A stretch of 64,000 bases of DNA from Protoeuglena noctilucae (taxonomy: Eukaryota), in contig OY253678.1 in assembly GCA_958009085.1 (NCBI GenBank), positions 682,001 through 746,000 on the forward strand. The letters run 5' to 3'. Each line of letters starts with the position of its first letter. Positions within the stretch are counted from its first letter, which is position 1. The translations under genes and the position numbers were made by a program. Shown here piece by piece: positions 39,376 to 52,351 of the stretch. The notes under the pieces were generated by a model, which worked only from the letters and a program-made list of their open reading frames with translations, ran no database searches and was not told the DNA's origin.

Positions 39376-41327
39376 CTAGAACAGCCCGAAGAGCTTCTTC
39401 TGCGACCGCATCGCAGGAGCTCCGCCAAGTTTCCAGCCCTCGGAGCCCAGGAGGTCGACGAGCGCGACCACCACGTTGTCCTGCGTCTTCCGCTGCAGGG
39501 CCTTGTCCACCAGCTGCTCCGCCACCTCCTGCGGGCTCACGCCCCGCTTGAGGAGGCCCCGGCAGAACTGGACGGCCTGCTGGCTCGAGAAGACGTCCCA
39601 GAGCCCGTCGCTGGCGAGGATGAGGAACTCGTCCGACTCCGTGTCCATCCCGACCTCTGCGGAACAGAAGGGCCGATATTGTCAGCGGCACCATTACGCC
39701 AGCACAGTCACAAGCGAGAACGTTTACGCCGGGCCATCGCAACAGCGCGTCCTCACCGGTGACGTCAGGCAGGGCCGTCACGGGGTCTGCTTTGAAGTCC
39801 ATCTTTTCCGCCGTCTCCTGGTCCCAGCTCCCCCACTCGACCCCCGCCTTCTGCAAACGTCGAAAGCGAGATACGTCACGGAAGCTCTGCGTACCTGTGG
39901 GACGGCGAGCGCCGTCGCGCGAAGCGTGATGCGCACTCGCCTTCAAATAGGTCAACCCCTCGCCCTTCCACTCCCAGTCCCCGAAAGATCGCGACACCGC
40001 AATGACGCCGCAGAGGCGCCCGTCGTACACCCACGCCCCCGTCTCCTCGACGCGCTTTACCTCCCGCACCGCAGCCTCCGACACCCCCGACAGCCTGGGG
40101 CGAGAGCACCCACAGCAAGGCGTCAAGTTTCAGCGGCTGCTGACACGCAGCGACGTCATGGACTGATTCGGAAGTCTCTCGCCTGTGCTCCACCGTGAGG
40201 TCCACGGAGGCCCCTGCCCGACACAGCACGCATTTCGAGTCCCCGACGTTGGCCACGACCATCTTGCCCTCTCCCACGAGCAGCACCGTCGCCGTGGACC
40301 CCGCCTCCTTCGCCGCCTCGCCATCCACGCTCGTCTCCAGATACTGCGACCCCAACAACAGCGCTCGCATCCGCATCGGCATCGGCTCGCGCCGTGTGGC
40401 CATCGCGTCAACCGTAACCAACCCACCGGGCGCACCTTTATCACTTCCTTGTCGAACTCCCGGAATATTCCCTGCATTTGGGCCTCGGACCCGCTCGGTT
40501 GCCCGTTCACCGCCTTTCCCTCCTCGCCCTTCTCCTTCGATCCCCCTCGTGGCCCACCGTCGGGAAACGTCTTCCCCGAAGCATCTGCAGCCGAACGCGA
40601 GAGTCGCCTCTCGGGCCCGGAAAGGTGCCATTGCCCTGGCACGCGCGGCCCGCTAGGCACCCACCGCCCGTCAAGCCGCGGTCGCATGCCTCGTGCAGGT
40701 GGTCCCGCAGGAACGTCGCGACCTGGTCTCCCCCGTGTCCGTCGAACACGCCAGCGTAGAAGTAGCCACTGGAGAGCGCCCGCACGGCCCCGCAGTCCTC
40801 CATCGTCTCTCTCTGCAAGCGCAGTCCCGTGGGTGAGGGCGAGGCAGTGGCCTGAAGCCCCGCGGCCAAACCACACCGCGTCCGCGATGCACGGCGACGC
40901 TGGAGAGCGAGTGTCTGTCGCGATGGGAGTCGCGGGGCGCGCGCACGCGGCAGCGCGCTGGCGCAGCATTCTTCGCATCGCACCCGACCCTGCGCCATCG
41001 CCAGGCCCGAGGCGAACGCCTTGCTGGCGTCCTGTGCGGCCACGCTCTCATGTGTCTGGGATGACGAGCATGCGAAACTCCTCCGCGCTCTCCTTGGCTC
41101 GGACCTGCGTGGACAACCCACGCGCGGTCGGCCGGGTCGGAAGGGGGACAAGACGGGCCCCCTGCGCGCACCTCCGGCCGCTTTGGAGGCGAACTAAGAC
41201 GTCGCATTTGGCACGCCCGGAGAGACCGCTCGGGCAGCCGCTGCAGTTGCCCAGATTCGCACTCTGCCCCTCAAGCGACTCACCGGTTGACCCCTAAGCC
41301 CCCAGGCGCCACCCTTAGCCTAATCAT
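39376..41327 (-). CDS. PPH1: Thylakoid PP2C phosphatase PPH1/TAP38 (LHCII dephosphorylation, state transitions)
   Basis: PP2C motifs 'QGR|RETMED', 'GVFDGHGG', 'GSTAT', 'ANVGDS', 'LILASDGLWD', 'QDN'. TAP38-like flap 'EVKRVEETGAWVYDGRLCGVIAVSRSFGD...KAGVEWGSW...DFKADPV'. Confidence 0.85.
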
Positions 41328-41747
41328 TTGCGATCGCGGCGCCCCGGGGCCGCGCGCCCCTCGCAAACTTCCTGTGCGCGACGCAGACCTAATCTGCACC
41401 CGATCTGAGGAGAAGAAGCTACAAGCAACGAGCAGGGCAGTTTGCTCGACACAAAAGTGAGGTGCCCGCGATGAAATGGTTTCAGCAAGTCATGTGCAGC
41501 ACAGGATTTCCTTCTTCAAGCCAGAGCGCGCAAGCTCTGGATGCGGTGACAGCGATACTGCCTCTGGGAAACACGTGTACGTGCTGAGAGCACCTAGGCT
41601 CTCTCAAGGCGTGCGCAGAGCAAAGATCCGAGTCTCTGCAAAAATGCGTCTAGTCTCCAGTGGGAGTGGATAAGTAGATGACCAAAATCTGGAAGTAGGA
41701 TGACGTTAAGGCCCTCTTGGGCCCGCGTGGCCGTGCCGCGTGTCTCA

Positions 41748-44249
41748 TCACGCAACCGTCTCGCGCTCCTCTGCCTCATCCCGAGACGACATCCCGGGCT
41801 TCTCAAAGTCCACATCGTAGAGCTCAAACTCTTGAGGCAGAAGCACGTCCCCGCCGAACCTCGACTCGGCCGCCCGCTTGAGCTCCTCCAGGTGCTGCCC
41901 CTCGCCACCGTCCGTACTCGCCAGGGGCACCCTGTAGGGGCGGGCAACACTCACATGCGTCGAGCCAGACCCTCACTAACGATCGAAGCTCTCCCAAGCA
42001 GAGCAGCAAAGCGCACGGCAGCCCCAGCTCACACAGTCTCACCGGAAGTTGGTCAACGCCAGCATCCGCGCCCCCACGCGCTCGCAGAAGCGCCCCGCCT
42101 CCTCGCACATCCCCCGGTCCTCCGCCACAGTGCCACTGGTCACGAAAGCCTCAGCCGGGCGCACGACGGAGCTCGTGTGCACCACCAGCGAGGCCCTGCG
42201 TGCGACGACCACCGTGTCAGTCTCCGCATCCCTCAGGCCTCCGCCCACACAGCAGACAAACACCACCCGCCCCGTCTCACTTGTGCGCCAGGGGCGCGAG
42301 GGTCGTGTGGTCCGGTCGGTCCAGCGCCACCACAATCTTGCGTCCCGGCCAGTCGGGCGACACCACGTCTTCCGGATGGATAAGGACGCCGCTGGGCGAC
42401 ATGACCGACTCGCCGCTCTTGAGCTTCGCCAGCTGGGCACTGGGCGTCAGGCCCATCTCCCGGCATTTGAAGGCGTCCACCTTCCCAGCCCTGCGGGGGG
42501 GCAACGGGGAGGCCCATGCAGTCCTGGCAAAGTGCGGGAGGCTGTCGTACTGTGCACACAACACCTTAAGAAAATTAATGCTCACCGGTTCGCCTCGCGC
42601 AGCAGGAAGCTGAAGCCGCCGGCCTGGTCCCTGGGCCGCGACACGACGACCTGCCACTGCGCGTCCACCCCGATGGACCAAAGGCCCATCGCAGGGAGCG
42701 TTGCCGCGTCCAGCCCCAGCCCCGAGCACCCCTGCTCCACCTCGCTGCCCACCTCCTTGAAAGGCCGGAAGATGGCCCGGTCTGCGGGCAGGGAGAAGGA
42801 CGGCCCGTTGGTGCGGGGGCGTGTGCATTTGCAAAGCATAGCATCGTGACTCCTGGCCTCGCACGGACCTCCGTAGAGGGGCCCCTTGTCGTTGCGAATG
42901 ACGCTGTCGCGCAGCTGCTGCGTGTACGCGATGCTCTGCAGGTACTCGTCCTCCTCCTCCTCCGTCATGTCCGACGCCTCGTCACGGTAAGGCAGGGACG
43001 GGAGCTTGGCGCGGAAGAGGCGGCACCGGGGGTTGACGAGCTGCGGGCGGCGCTCCTCGCGGGAGACGGGCCCGTCGACGAGCTCGTAGACGACCACGGG
43101 GATGCAGACGTAGGTGTTGGAGACGTCGAGGGTCGTGTGGAGGTACTCGGCGACACCGGGGGGCGCGTAGATGCGCAGGGGCGTGCGGCCGTCCGACTCG
43201 AGGGGCACGGTGGACATGCCGCCCGAGCGCGTGCCGGAGATGGTGCAGACGATGCCGGGGAGGCCCAGGTAGAAGACGGGGTTGCGGGACGGGATGAAGA
43301 TGCGCGACACGCGGTACGGGGTGATGAGCGAGTCGGCGAACCGCCGCTGCGTGTCCTCGCCGACCCCGAAGAGCAGCGTCTGGCGGCTGAGGCGCAGGGC
43401 CGTGCAGGGCTGCCCGCGGGCGTCCGACGCCCCCAGGGACGTGCCCATGAAGAAGAGCTGCAGGCCCTTGGCGTTGGACGTGATGGAGTTGCGCCTCTGC
43501 ACCTCCTCCTCCTCCTTCTGGTCCGTCCGCCACTGCTGCGCCTGCTCCTCGTACCGCCCCCCGTACGCCACCTCCAGCAGCACCTCCACCCACCGGTCCT
43601 TGCGCCACAGCTCCGCCTCCTCCGGGACCTTCACGCCACGGCGGATCACCTCGGCCTTGATGTCGTCGACCAACACGCGGCGCAGGCGCGACTTGGTGAT
43701 CAGGACCCCGTTCGGGAAGTAGTGGTCCGGGTTGGAGCTGGACGGGGGCGGGGGGTCAGACACCCCGATCCGAGGCAGCGCCACACCCGACGCGGAGGCG
43801 CGAGTGTTGCGGCGTGGGCGCGCGGGCGGTGCCGACGGCGACGCGATCTCGCGGCCCCACCCCGGCGACGCCCAGCCGTGGTGGAAGGCCGCGAAGGGCG
43901 GGGTCGGCAGCATGGGCGCCTCACCCGGCCCCGGCAAGGCATGCGGCACGAGCAGATCGCCCCGGGCGGGGTGCGCGTGGCCGAACGCGACGGGCTGACC
44001 GGCCGTGAACGGCGGGTGCGCCACGTGCTGGACTACCAAAGCTGGGGCCTGCGTGCGACGTAAGACGGGCAAGCTCTGCGGCAGTCGGGCACGCTGCGGA
44101 GGCGACTAACGACATTCGCGAGCTCGGAACGGGATACTCACGACATGGACAGCGACGGGGTGGAAGAAGACGTGCGGCGTCGGGCCCATGGGGCCAGGAG
44201 CGGCCGACGGGCAGAAACCCATGGCCGTGACGCCCGGGGGGAAAGCCAT
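41748..44249 (-). CDS. RNase Z (metallo-beta-lactamase fold) homolog with degenerate metal ligands and an N-terminal SAP-like helical domain
   Basis: 'LFFMGTS', 'GEDTQR', 'RIFI...LGLPG', 'PLRIYAPPG', exosite 'GKVDAFKCREMGL...LAKLKSGESV...PEDVVSP..PGRKIV'. HxHxDH is replaced by 'PSRNPVFY'. Start codon uncertain (44249 or 43913). Confidence 0.8.
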
Positions 44250-45148
44250 GACGGGCTGCACGGGCGCGCGGGCATGCTCCCCGCTGCGACGACCTGCGAG
44301 GCGAACGAGGCGGACAGTCGCGCGACGCTCGGCGAGACGCGGATGTGCGCAGCCCGGCTCTTTCACAACCCGTCGCACCTGAACCCCAGCCCTGCCGTCC
44401 CTTCGATGTCTGGCCCCTGCATCCAAACGAGACGATTCGTCGGATGAGACAACGGCCGCGAGTCGCGGTGCGTCGCGCGCAGCCCCGGATGGGAGCGGGA
44501 TGACGGTGGCTTCTAGAGCGGCGCTGCGACGGGTCGCCTAGTGCCGTCTATCAGCTGTGCGTTCCGACGGCGAAACTCACCCGCGATTGCTGACGTGGTG
44601 TCGCCGCCCTAACCCGTGACGCAGCCCTGGGCCACTCGCGCCCTGGATGGGCCCGCCCGCCCCCGGGACCCCGATACCGAAGGCCCCTGACGACGCCATC
44701 ACTCCCAGCGCACGGACGGCGCCCAACTACGGGAACTGCGCCTCGGGGGCACCGCTGGGGGTGCGCTAATGCTGCCTGGTCTGGCCTACCCCAGAGGACC
44801 CTGAGATAGGCGCGGGTTTCAGGTGCGCGACGGATGTGATTGCAGAGCAGGCACGTGGACTGTTTCGGCGTGGTCTGGCTCTGCGCTGACGCGCATCTGA
44901 CGCCAGCGCTGGCGCAAGGGACGCGGCGCAAAAGCAGCGCCCGTTCCCGCTCGTGCTGCATCCTCGAGTGTGGCGCGAGGTTGGGAGTCTCGACTCACGG
45001 GATCGGGGCTCGGCGGCGTCGTGGCAACGCTCGCGCACACATCTGGGGCGAAGGTCGGGGTCTCAGCCGCTTCTGCGGGATCGCGAGGGGGCGCATTGTC
45101 ATCAAGTGACGCGTGGGTGTCGCCCGTGCCGTGAAAGGACCGCTCGCG

Positions 45149-48100
45149 ATGAACTTCTTGCGGGGCCTCGGCGTGGCCGCCACGGGCATCGCTCGCAAGA
45201 CCGCGAGCGATCATGCCGCCGCTCAGGATGCCGAGGAGAAGGTGGAGGTGAGCGACGGGAACGCGCGCGACGCGCCAAGCGGCGCAGGAGCGGGACTGCC
45301 AGCACCATGGCGCGCGACGAATCTTGCTGGCCCCTGCAGGCGCTCCTGGACCGCGTCGTCAACTGCGTGTCCTCCGGCGAGCAAAGCAAGGCGCTCCAGG
45401 AGCTGTCCGCTTTGATGGCCACGGATCCGGGCGCGCGCGTGAGCCTGGGCGGCATCGGGTTCCAGCACCTGCTCAACATCGTGCGCACCGAGCGGGACGA
45501 CGTCCGCTGCCTGTGCCTGGCGCTGGAGGTCATGCTTGCAGCTGTGAGCGCTTTTTCAGGTGCCCTGCGTGCGGCCCCGCGGCCTGCGCTGTGCCTCAGC
45601 AAGCCTGGGGTACAAACATATCAAGAGATGTCCAACTCCCTCCATTGCGTTCCTCAGACCCCTTCGACGAGTCGGCCGGCGAAGACAGCGGCGTCCTGGC
45701 CGCGGTTGCCGAGCGCAACGCCTCCCTCCTGACCGAGGACGCGCGGTCCGTCGAGCTCGTCCTCGCCCTCTTAGAGGACCCGCCGGTCGGGTCCAAGGAC
45801 GGCAACGTTCGCTACCTGGGCCTCAAGCTGCTGAGGTGAGGAGCTCGGGTGCTGTTTGAATGCCTCGCGGGCACCAAGAGTGCACCGGACGTTGGCGCCG
45901 TCGCGACCAGGCGGGACAGCAGGGAGGCAGCATGACGTGCGCGCCTTCGTCAACAGATGCTACGCAGCAGACATCATTCCCGTCGCCGCAGGGCGTGCAT
46001 GGATCACGGGGCAGCAGACAAGGTCCGGGAGCAGGTCCTCGACACGCCCACCCACCTGGACCGACTGCTGCTGCTCTTGGACGCGAGGAATGCTCTGGCG
46101 TTTGAGTCCATGCGGCTGCTCAAAAGGCAAGACATTGTCTCACTGCTTCGTCTGGCTCGGCCGGTGCGCGTGGAGCGCCGTAGCTGGCGCGTTGTGGCTG
46201 CCTTGGACCCACACGCCCACCCGCTTCGCCCCGCCGCAGCCTCGCGCAAGGCTCGCCGGCCTGTCAGGGCGCCATGGCTGCGGGCGGGGCGCTGGAGCGG
46301 CTGGTGTCTGCGGTGGATACCTCGGGTGGCCTCGCGGGGGGGCCGGAGGTGGCTTCCCAGCTGCGGCTGGTGCGGCAGATACTCGCCGGGAATCTGCAGG
46401 CGAGCAATGGGCCTGCTCTGTGCGCTCGCTCTGCCCGATGACGCGAAGAGGACCGTCGGCAAGTGTATTTGTGCCGATGGCATTAAGCTACAGACACCAC
46501 GAGTTTGCCCTCGCAGGCTTGCGAGCGGTTCGTGACCGGCGGCCTGCTTGCGCGTCTCCTCGACCTGCTGGCCCCGGCTCTGTCGGGCCATCTCGAGGGC
46601 GAGGGCACGGCTCTCTCGCCAGACGCCGTCGCCAACACAGTCAGCGCCCTCGACTGCCTGGAGGCGCTGGGAGCCTCGTCCGGGTCTGCCATAGACCCCG
46701 CCACCGTCCGCGCCCTGTGCCAGCACGCGCTCGGCAGTCCAGCCGGTCAGTCCGCTACTTGCGCCCCCCCGACATGCACCGGCATGATGGCCCTGGGCGC
46801 CACTTGCGCTCTTCAATGCCCCATACAGCTCGTCCACCTGCAGCCCACATCGTCATGGACCCTGCCGTGCGTGTCGCCGCCATGCGCGCTCTCGCCAGCG
46901 TTCTGCGATCGTCTCCCGCGGCCCGCGACGTCTTCCTTTCTGGCGATGTCCCCTGGGCACCCACGCCTGGGAAGAGCGCTGATGGCGACTCCACCGACGC
47001 GACCCTCGCATTATCGGCCGCCCAGGCCGCCCTGCGCCACGCGCTCCGGAGCGCGACGGATGCGGTCCGCGATGGCGCTGCTGAAGTCCTTCGGGCGTTT
47101 TTCCAGGGCAGCCCCGACGGGCAGCTGGCCCTGGCGTCCACTCTGGCGCCGCTGTCGGGGGACGACGGCGAGGCGACGTTTGGGACAGAACTCCTGTCTG
47201 CGCTCTGCGGCAAGGTGCGTGTCGAGCGCACGGGTGTACTGGGCCTCGTGAAGGCTACCAGCGCGTTTGCACATGCACTTCGCTTTCCATCCCCCGCCTG
47301 TCCCACACCGCCCTGTTGTCTGCGTTTTCTTTGCAGAGCATGGGGCACGCGGCCGGCCCCGCAGACCCTCAGGAGTTCGCGATGGCAGCCACCGTCCTTG
47401 CGTCGGTGATGCACGGCAACGAGGGCGTGCGCCGCAAGGCCCTCAAGCTCACCGCCACAGTCGAGGACGACCCTGCCGACCCCAGAGCTCGCGTTTTGCA
47501 CCGAGGTGAGGGACATAAACCACGAGGGTAGCAACTGAGACGGTGGCAGCAGCGTGGAAGGCAGCATGGTGACACAGGGCACTGACAAGTAAAGGTGGCC
47601 CAGCATGTCGTTCTGACACAAGAGACTGCCACTCTAGCACCGTCCGCATGTCTGATTGCCCTCAGTGGTGCGCTCCTTGCGCTCGTGCCTGCACCAGGGC
47701 TCTCCCAGGGCACGTGCGTCTGCCCGCGCTCTCCGGCTCCTCGTCGTGTGGTGCCAGGGCTGCCCGGAGGCCGCACAGGCCATATGCGGCGACCCGGAGC
47801 ACTTCGCGGTGGCCGTCGACATTCTCAGCAACCGCATAGGCCCTCCCAGGTGAGGGCCGGGCCTGACACACACCGCCCTGCATGTGCCTCCAAGCACGCT
47901 GCCCGATTCGGGCATCCCATGTTCAAATTCGTGCATTGCTTCCTGCAGGAGCCGCGTGGTCCCGGGACTGGCGGCCCTTTTGGTCGGCACGTGCGTGGCG
48001 GCGTCGCGAGACACCGACGGGGGTGCACAAAGGGTGCTGGTTGACTCTCTCGTCGAGCGTGTGGGCCTCAGCGTCTTCTTTGCTGCCCTCGATGCTCTGG

Positions 48101-49565
48101 TGGAGGCCGCAGACAAACCAGAGACGCTGCACGCCGACCACGTTGCCGGGTGAGCGCACTTTGACGCTTCCACGCATGTGCATGGGGACGCGTCCTGGCA
48201 TGGCCACGTCTTGCGTCGCTCGCTCTCGTTTCGGTGTTCGGGCTGTCTGCGGTACGGTATCCTCTGCCCTGCGCATGTGTCGTTTTGCAGAGCACACGCG
48301 GCTGCCGGTGGCTTGGTGGGGGCGGCGCGCAGCCTGCTCGAGGCCATGGCGGGCTTCACGGGTGGCCATCACGCGGACGGGGACGGCATGGACGCCGCCA
48401 CGGTTGCGCTCGTGAAGGAGGCGGTCGAGGGGGCACGCGAGGCCGTGGCCCACAGCATTGCTCCCGTGGCGCTGGGCGGTGGGAGCGCAGCGGGGCTGGC
48501 GCCGGCGCCGAGCGCGGTCGAGCAGCTGCGGGCGGTGCTGAGGGATCTTGCGAGTGACACGGGCGGGCCGGAGGCGCCAACGGGGCAGGCGGAGGCGCTG
48601 CTGGGGGCGCTGGAGCAGGAGGTTCAGGAGCTGCGTGCGAGAAATGCGGCGTTGGCGCAGGACGCGCTATCGCGGCGCGGGCGGGGCGCGGACGCCGCGC
48701 CGACCACCCCGGGCGATGCGGAGGAGCTGGCGGCCCTGCGGCGGCGGGCTGCGGAGGCCGAGGCGCGGCTGGGCGAGGTGGAGGAGGAGGCGGGGCGCCT
48801 GCGCGCGCGGGAGGCGGAGGCGTCGGGGCGCGTGGCGGAGCTGGAGACGGCGCTGGCGGAGGCACAGGCCCGGGCGACGGAGGCGGAGGGCGAGGCGGAG
48901 GCGGTCCGGGAGGCGTATGCTGCCATGGAGGCGGGGGCGTTTCAGAACGAGGCGCGGGTTCACGAACTGGAAGAGAAGCTGAAGGTGGGGGAGTGGATGC
49001 GGGGCTTCTGAGGTGTGTGCCTGTGGATGACGTGAGGGGACGCGGGTGGCCCCGTCGCAGGTGCTGGGGGAGGGTGGGTCGGCCGTGGACGTCGTGTCGC
49101 TCGAACAGCGGATACGCGCCGAGCTGAAGGAGGAGCTCGACTCGGTCAATGACTTGCTCGTGTGTCTGGGCCTGGTGAGTGCAGTGGGTCCTTCGTTCAT
49201 GGCACTGCCAGCAGAATCGGATCGATGTGGGGTCAGATGTCGCGTCGCGTGCTGTGCTGCAGGAAGAGGGCAAGGTGGAGGCCCTCAGCCAGCGACTGCA
49301 GGAGATGGGGGTGGACCCAGCGACCGTCCTGGCGGACGCGGGGCACCATGAGGGGCGTGGGGCGGATGGAGGCGACGGGGGCGCGAGGTCAGCGGACGTT
49401 ACGCAGGCGCGTCGGGGCGACGAGGCGCGAGACTCGGGTGTGGCGCCTGTACCGCAAGTCTCAAAGGGGGAATCCGCCGCAGCTGCGTCCCGATCGGGGC
49501 CGGAGTGGCGAGCCGGGGGGGATAGGGTGGCTGAGGGCGGGGACGAGGACGATGAGTGGGCTTAG
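45149..49565 (+). CDS. USO1: Uso1/p115 vesicle-tethering golgin (GC6-like)
   Basis: 'MNFLRG...VEALLDRV', armadillo-head motifs 'VELVLALLE...VRYLGLKLL', 'GQLALASTL', 'LRLLVVW', 'GLAALLVGTC', then coiled coil and C-terminal 'NDLLVCLGL|EEGKVEALSQRLQEMGVD'. Confidence 0.88.
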
Positions 49566-49774
49566 GTGCCCGATGACACTATTACTTTGCTTGAAGACGT
49601 GAGGAAGTAACAGGCGGTTTGTGAAAACCGGCTGCGACAACGGTGCCGGTTTGCATCGCTCGAGGCATCGTGCGCCAGCCGCGTCGTCTTGGGCTGACGT
49701 ACTTTCTTGGCAGAGACTGTTTCAAAGCGTCGTGCGGCCGACTGCACCGATATCCTCATCAGGCGCTGGTCGAG

Positions 49775-52171
49775 ATGTCGGAGCCTTCGAGCCAAGGCAG
49801 TGGCGGTCCTCCGAACACCGGGGGCCGCACAGTCTCAGACGACCTTCTAGACAGGATCTCTTTGCACGGGATTGATGTGAGGGCCGCTTCCCCGGCCCTG
49901 CGTGGCTGTGGGAGTTCACGGTACCACGGCACGCGCCGCCCCCTTGTCCTCGCTCGCAGGTCTGCTTTAGCAACCCGGGAACCTCCGAAATGTGGATCGT
50001 AGCCGCACTCACACGACGGAGCGACATCCGGCCTGTTCTGTGCCTCCACGAAAGCGTGGCTGCCGGCGCGGCCGATGGCTTTGCGCGAATGACGGGGCGC
50101 CCTGCCATGACGCTCCTGCACCTCGGGGCGGGGCTCTCCAACGCCTTAACGAGCCTCCACAACGCCAAGCGAGCGCGGCAGCCCGTGCTGGTGCGGCGGA
50201 GCGCCTCGCCGCGCCCACCAACCTTGATGGCCACGCCTGCGAGTCACGCTCTCTTCGCTCACCCGCCCCCAGAACCTCGTCGGCGACATGTCGACGTGGC
50301 ACAAGAAAGCAGACGCGCCGCTAGATTCCGACATGGAGGCCATCGCTGGCGCTGTCGGGTCCTGCTGCACCGTGCGGACCGTGGACGACTTGCTGGTGAG
50401 CTGTGATTGCTTAACCATGCAAGGCCTTCAGCAGATGCGCGCAATACAATCACAACACACTCAGATACGACCACCTGTGACGTGCAGAAGTCGGTTGACG
50501 CGGCGTTTGAGGCGATGAAGCACCCAACGGGGGACAGCACGACCGCGAGTCACGTGCACACGCTCATTGTCCCGCACGACTTCACCTGGGCGCCCAGCCC
50601 CCCCGAGAACGCGGCGCGCATGAGACAGGTCGACGCGCACCCTGCCGGCGCGCAGCAGGAGGAGTCCTGTCTGCCGGGCGTTGGGCACCGGGCACTCCGC
50701 ACGCAGCGTGGCGACGGCACGGGCACCGGCGACCACACCCTCCCCGTGACGGGCGGGCAGGCGGACTTCATCGATGCGTGCGCCCGAGCCATGCAGGACG
50801 CCCCGGGCAAGCTCTGCATCATGGTGGGCGGGAGCGCCCTGGAGGTGGACGGGGACGACGCGCCTCTGATCTTGGCGGGCAAGATTGCCGCCGCAGTGAA
50901 CGCCGAGCTCTTCTGCGAGCCATTCCCTGCGCGCCTCGACCGCGGCGTGGGGCTCCCGCGGCTCAAGCGCATGCCATACTTCCCAGAGGTGTGCTGCGGT
51001 ATCGAATCGCACGGCCTGACGCTGCATGAGCTGAGCAGAGGCAGCCGGGGGCTCCGAGTCGTCTGCTTGGTCTTGGAAATGCCCATGCCTGCTCCTGACT
51101 CATGGGGTTGTGCATCTGCTGCCGCTCGCAGGCTGCGAGGGAGGCATTCTCGCGTTTCGAGGTGGTGGTGCTGGTGGACACGCGGAGGCCAGTGGCCATG
51201 TTCGGGTACCCCGGCGGCGAGTCCATGATCCTGTCGTGCAAGGAGGAGAACCTGTGGGAGATCGACGCGCAGGCGAGCGGCTGCGAGGACAACCTCTGCA
51301 CTGGCTTATGCGCTCCGTCTCGACTGCTATCCTCTTCCTGCTGCCGAGACACGCCAGCGGATACGGCAGACCATCTCGTCTCGCGGGCGTGCAGGGCGCC
51401 GACCTGCGGAGTGCGTTGGCGGCACTGGCCCAGAAGGTCGATGCTCATGCCATCGTGCCGGGGGTCAACTGTGGTGGCCTCTTCGTCACTAAGGAGAAGC
51501 AGCCCCCGCTGCCCGAGGGACGGCTGTCCCCGCCGTCGCTGTGCCGGTGCCTGGCGGCGCTGCAGAGGGAGGGCGACATCATCGTCGACGAGTCGCTGAC
51601 CACGGGAGGAAGCTACTGGGCCGCAGCCGAGGCGGCGCCGCGCTTCTCTCAGCTCTTTCTGACGGGCGGGGCGATTGGAAACGGGCCGTGCCTGTCCGTC
51701 GGCGCCGCCATGGGGTGCCCCGACCGGCGCGTGATCAACTTCCAGGCAGACGGGTCACTCTGCTACAGCCTCCCGGCGCTGCATTCAGAGGCCCGCGAGA
51801 AGCTGAACGTCTTGACGATCGTCTGCAGCAACCGCAGCTACCACATCCTCGAGGTGGAGACCGCGCAGCAGAAGATCCCAGGGGCCGCCAAGAGCGCCAA
51901 GGTGACTGGGTGCCAGCACTGGGTGACAAGACGCGTAGCACACGGTGGCGGTTGCCGAGGCGCACAGGGACCCGTGCTAGTACCTCATCCCCCGCAGCCA
52001 CTCACGGAATTGAGCCAACCCGACATCGCCTTTGTTTCGATCGCGCGGGGGCTCGGGGTTCACCGGGGCGGCCGGGCGAGCACGTGCGACGAGTTCGTCC
52101 GGCTGTGGCGCGAGGCGGAGAAGGCGATGAGCGAGGAGCCGGGGCCGTTCATCATCCAGGCGGACCTCTGA
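49775..52171 (+). CDS. Thiamine-pyrophosphate enzyme, bacterial acetolactate-synthase-like family
   Basis: 'VCFSNPGTSEM', 'CLHESVAAGAADGFARMTGRPAMTLLHLGAGL', 'DAPLDSD', 'IIVDESLTTG', 'LTGGAIGNG', TPP motif 'QADGSLCYS...CSNRSYHIL'. Confidence 0.88.
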
Positions 52172-52351
52172 GGTTGCCTTATCGTGCCGGAGTGCCGCAC
52201 GCCACACAGGGCGACGTGTGCGGCACAAGCACCAGCAACCGTCGCGCCGTCCACCCCAGCCTCGTGCATGGAAGCTTGACCAGCATGCTTTTGTCAGGCC
52301 CAGCCCTGTACTGTCACAGCTCAGCACGTGAGTTGAACGCCCCAATGCACC

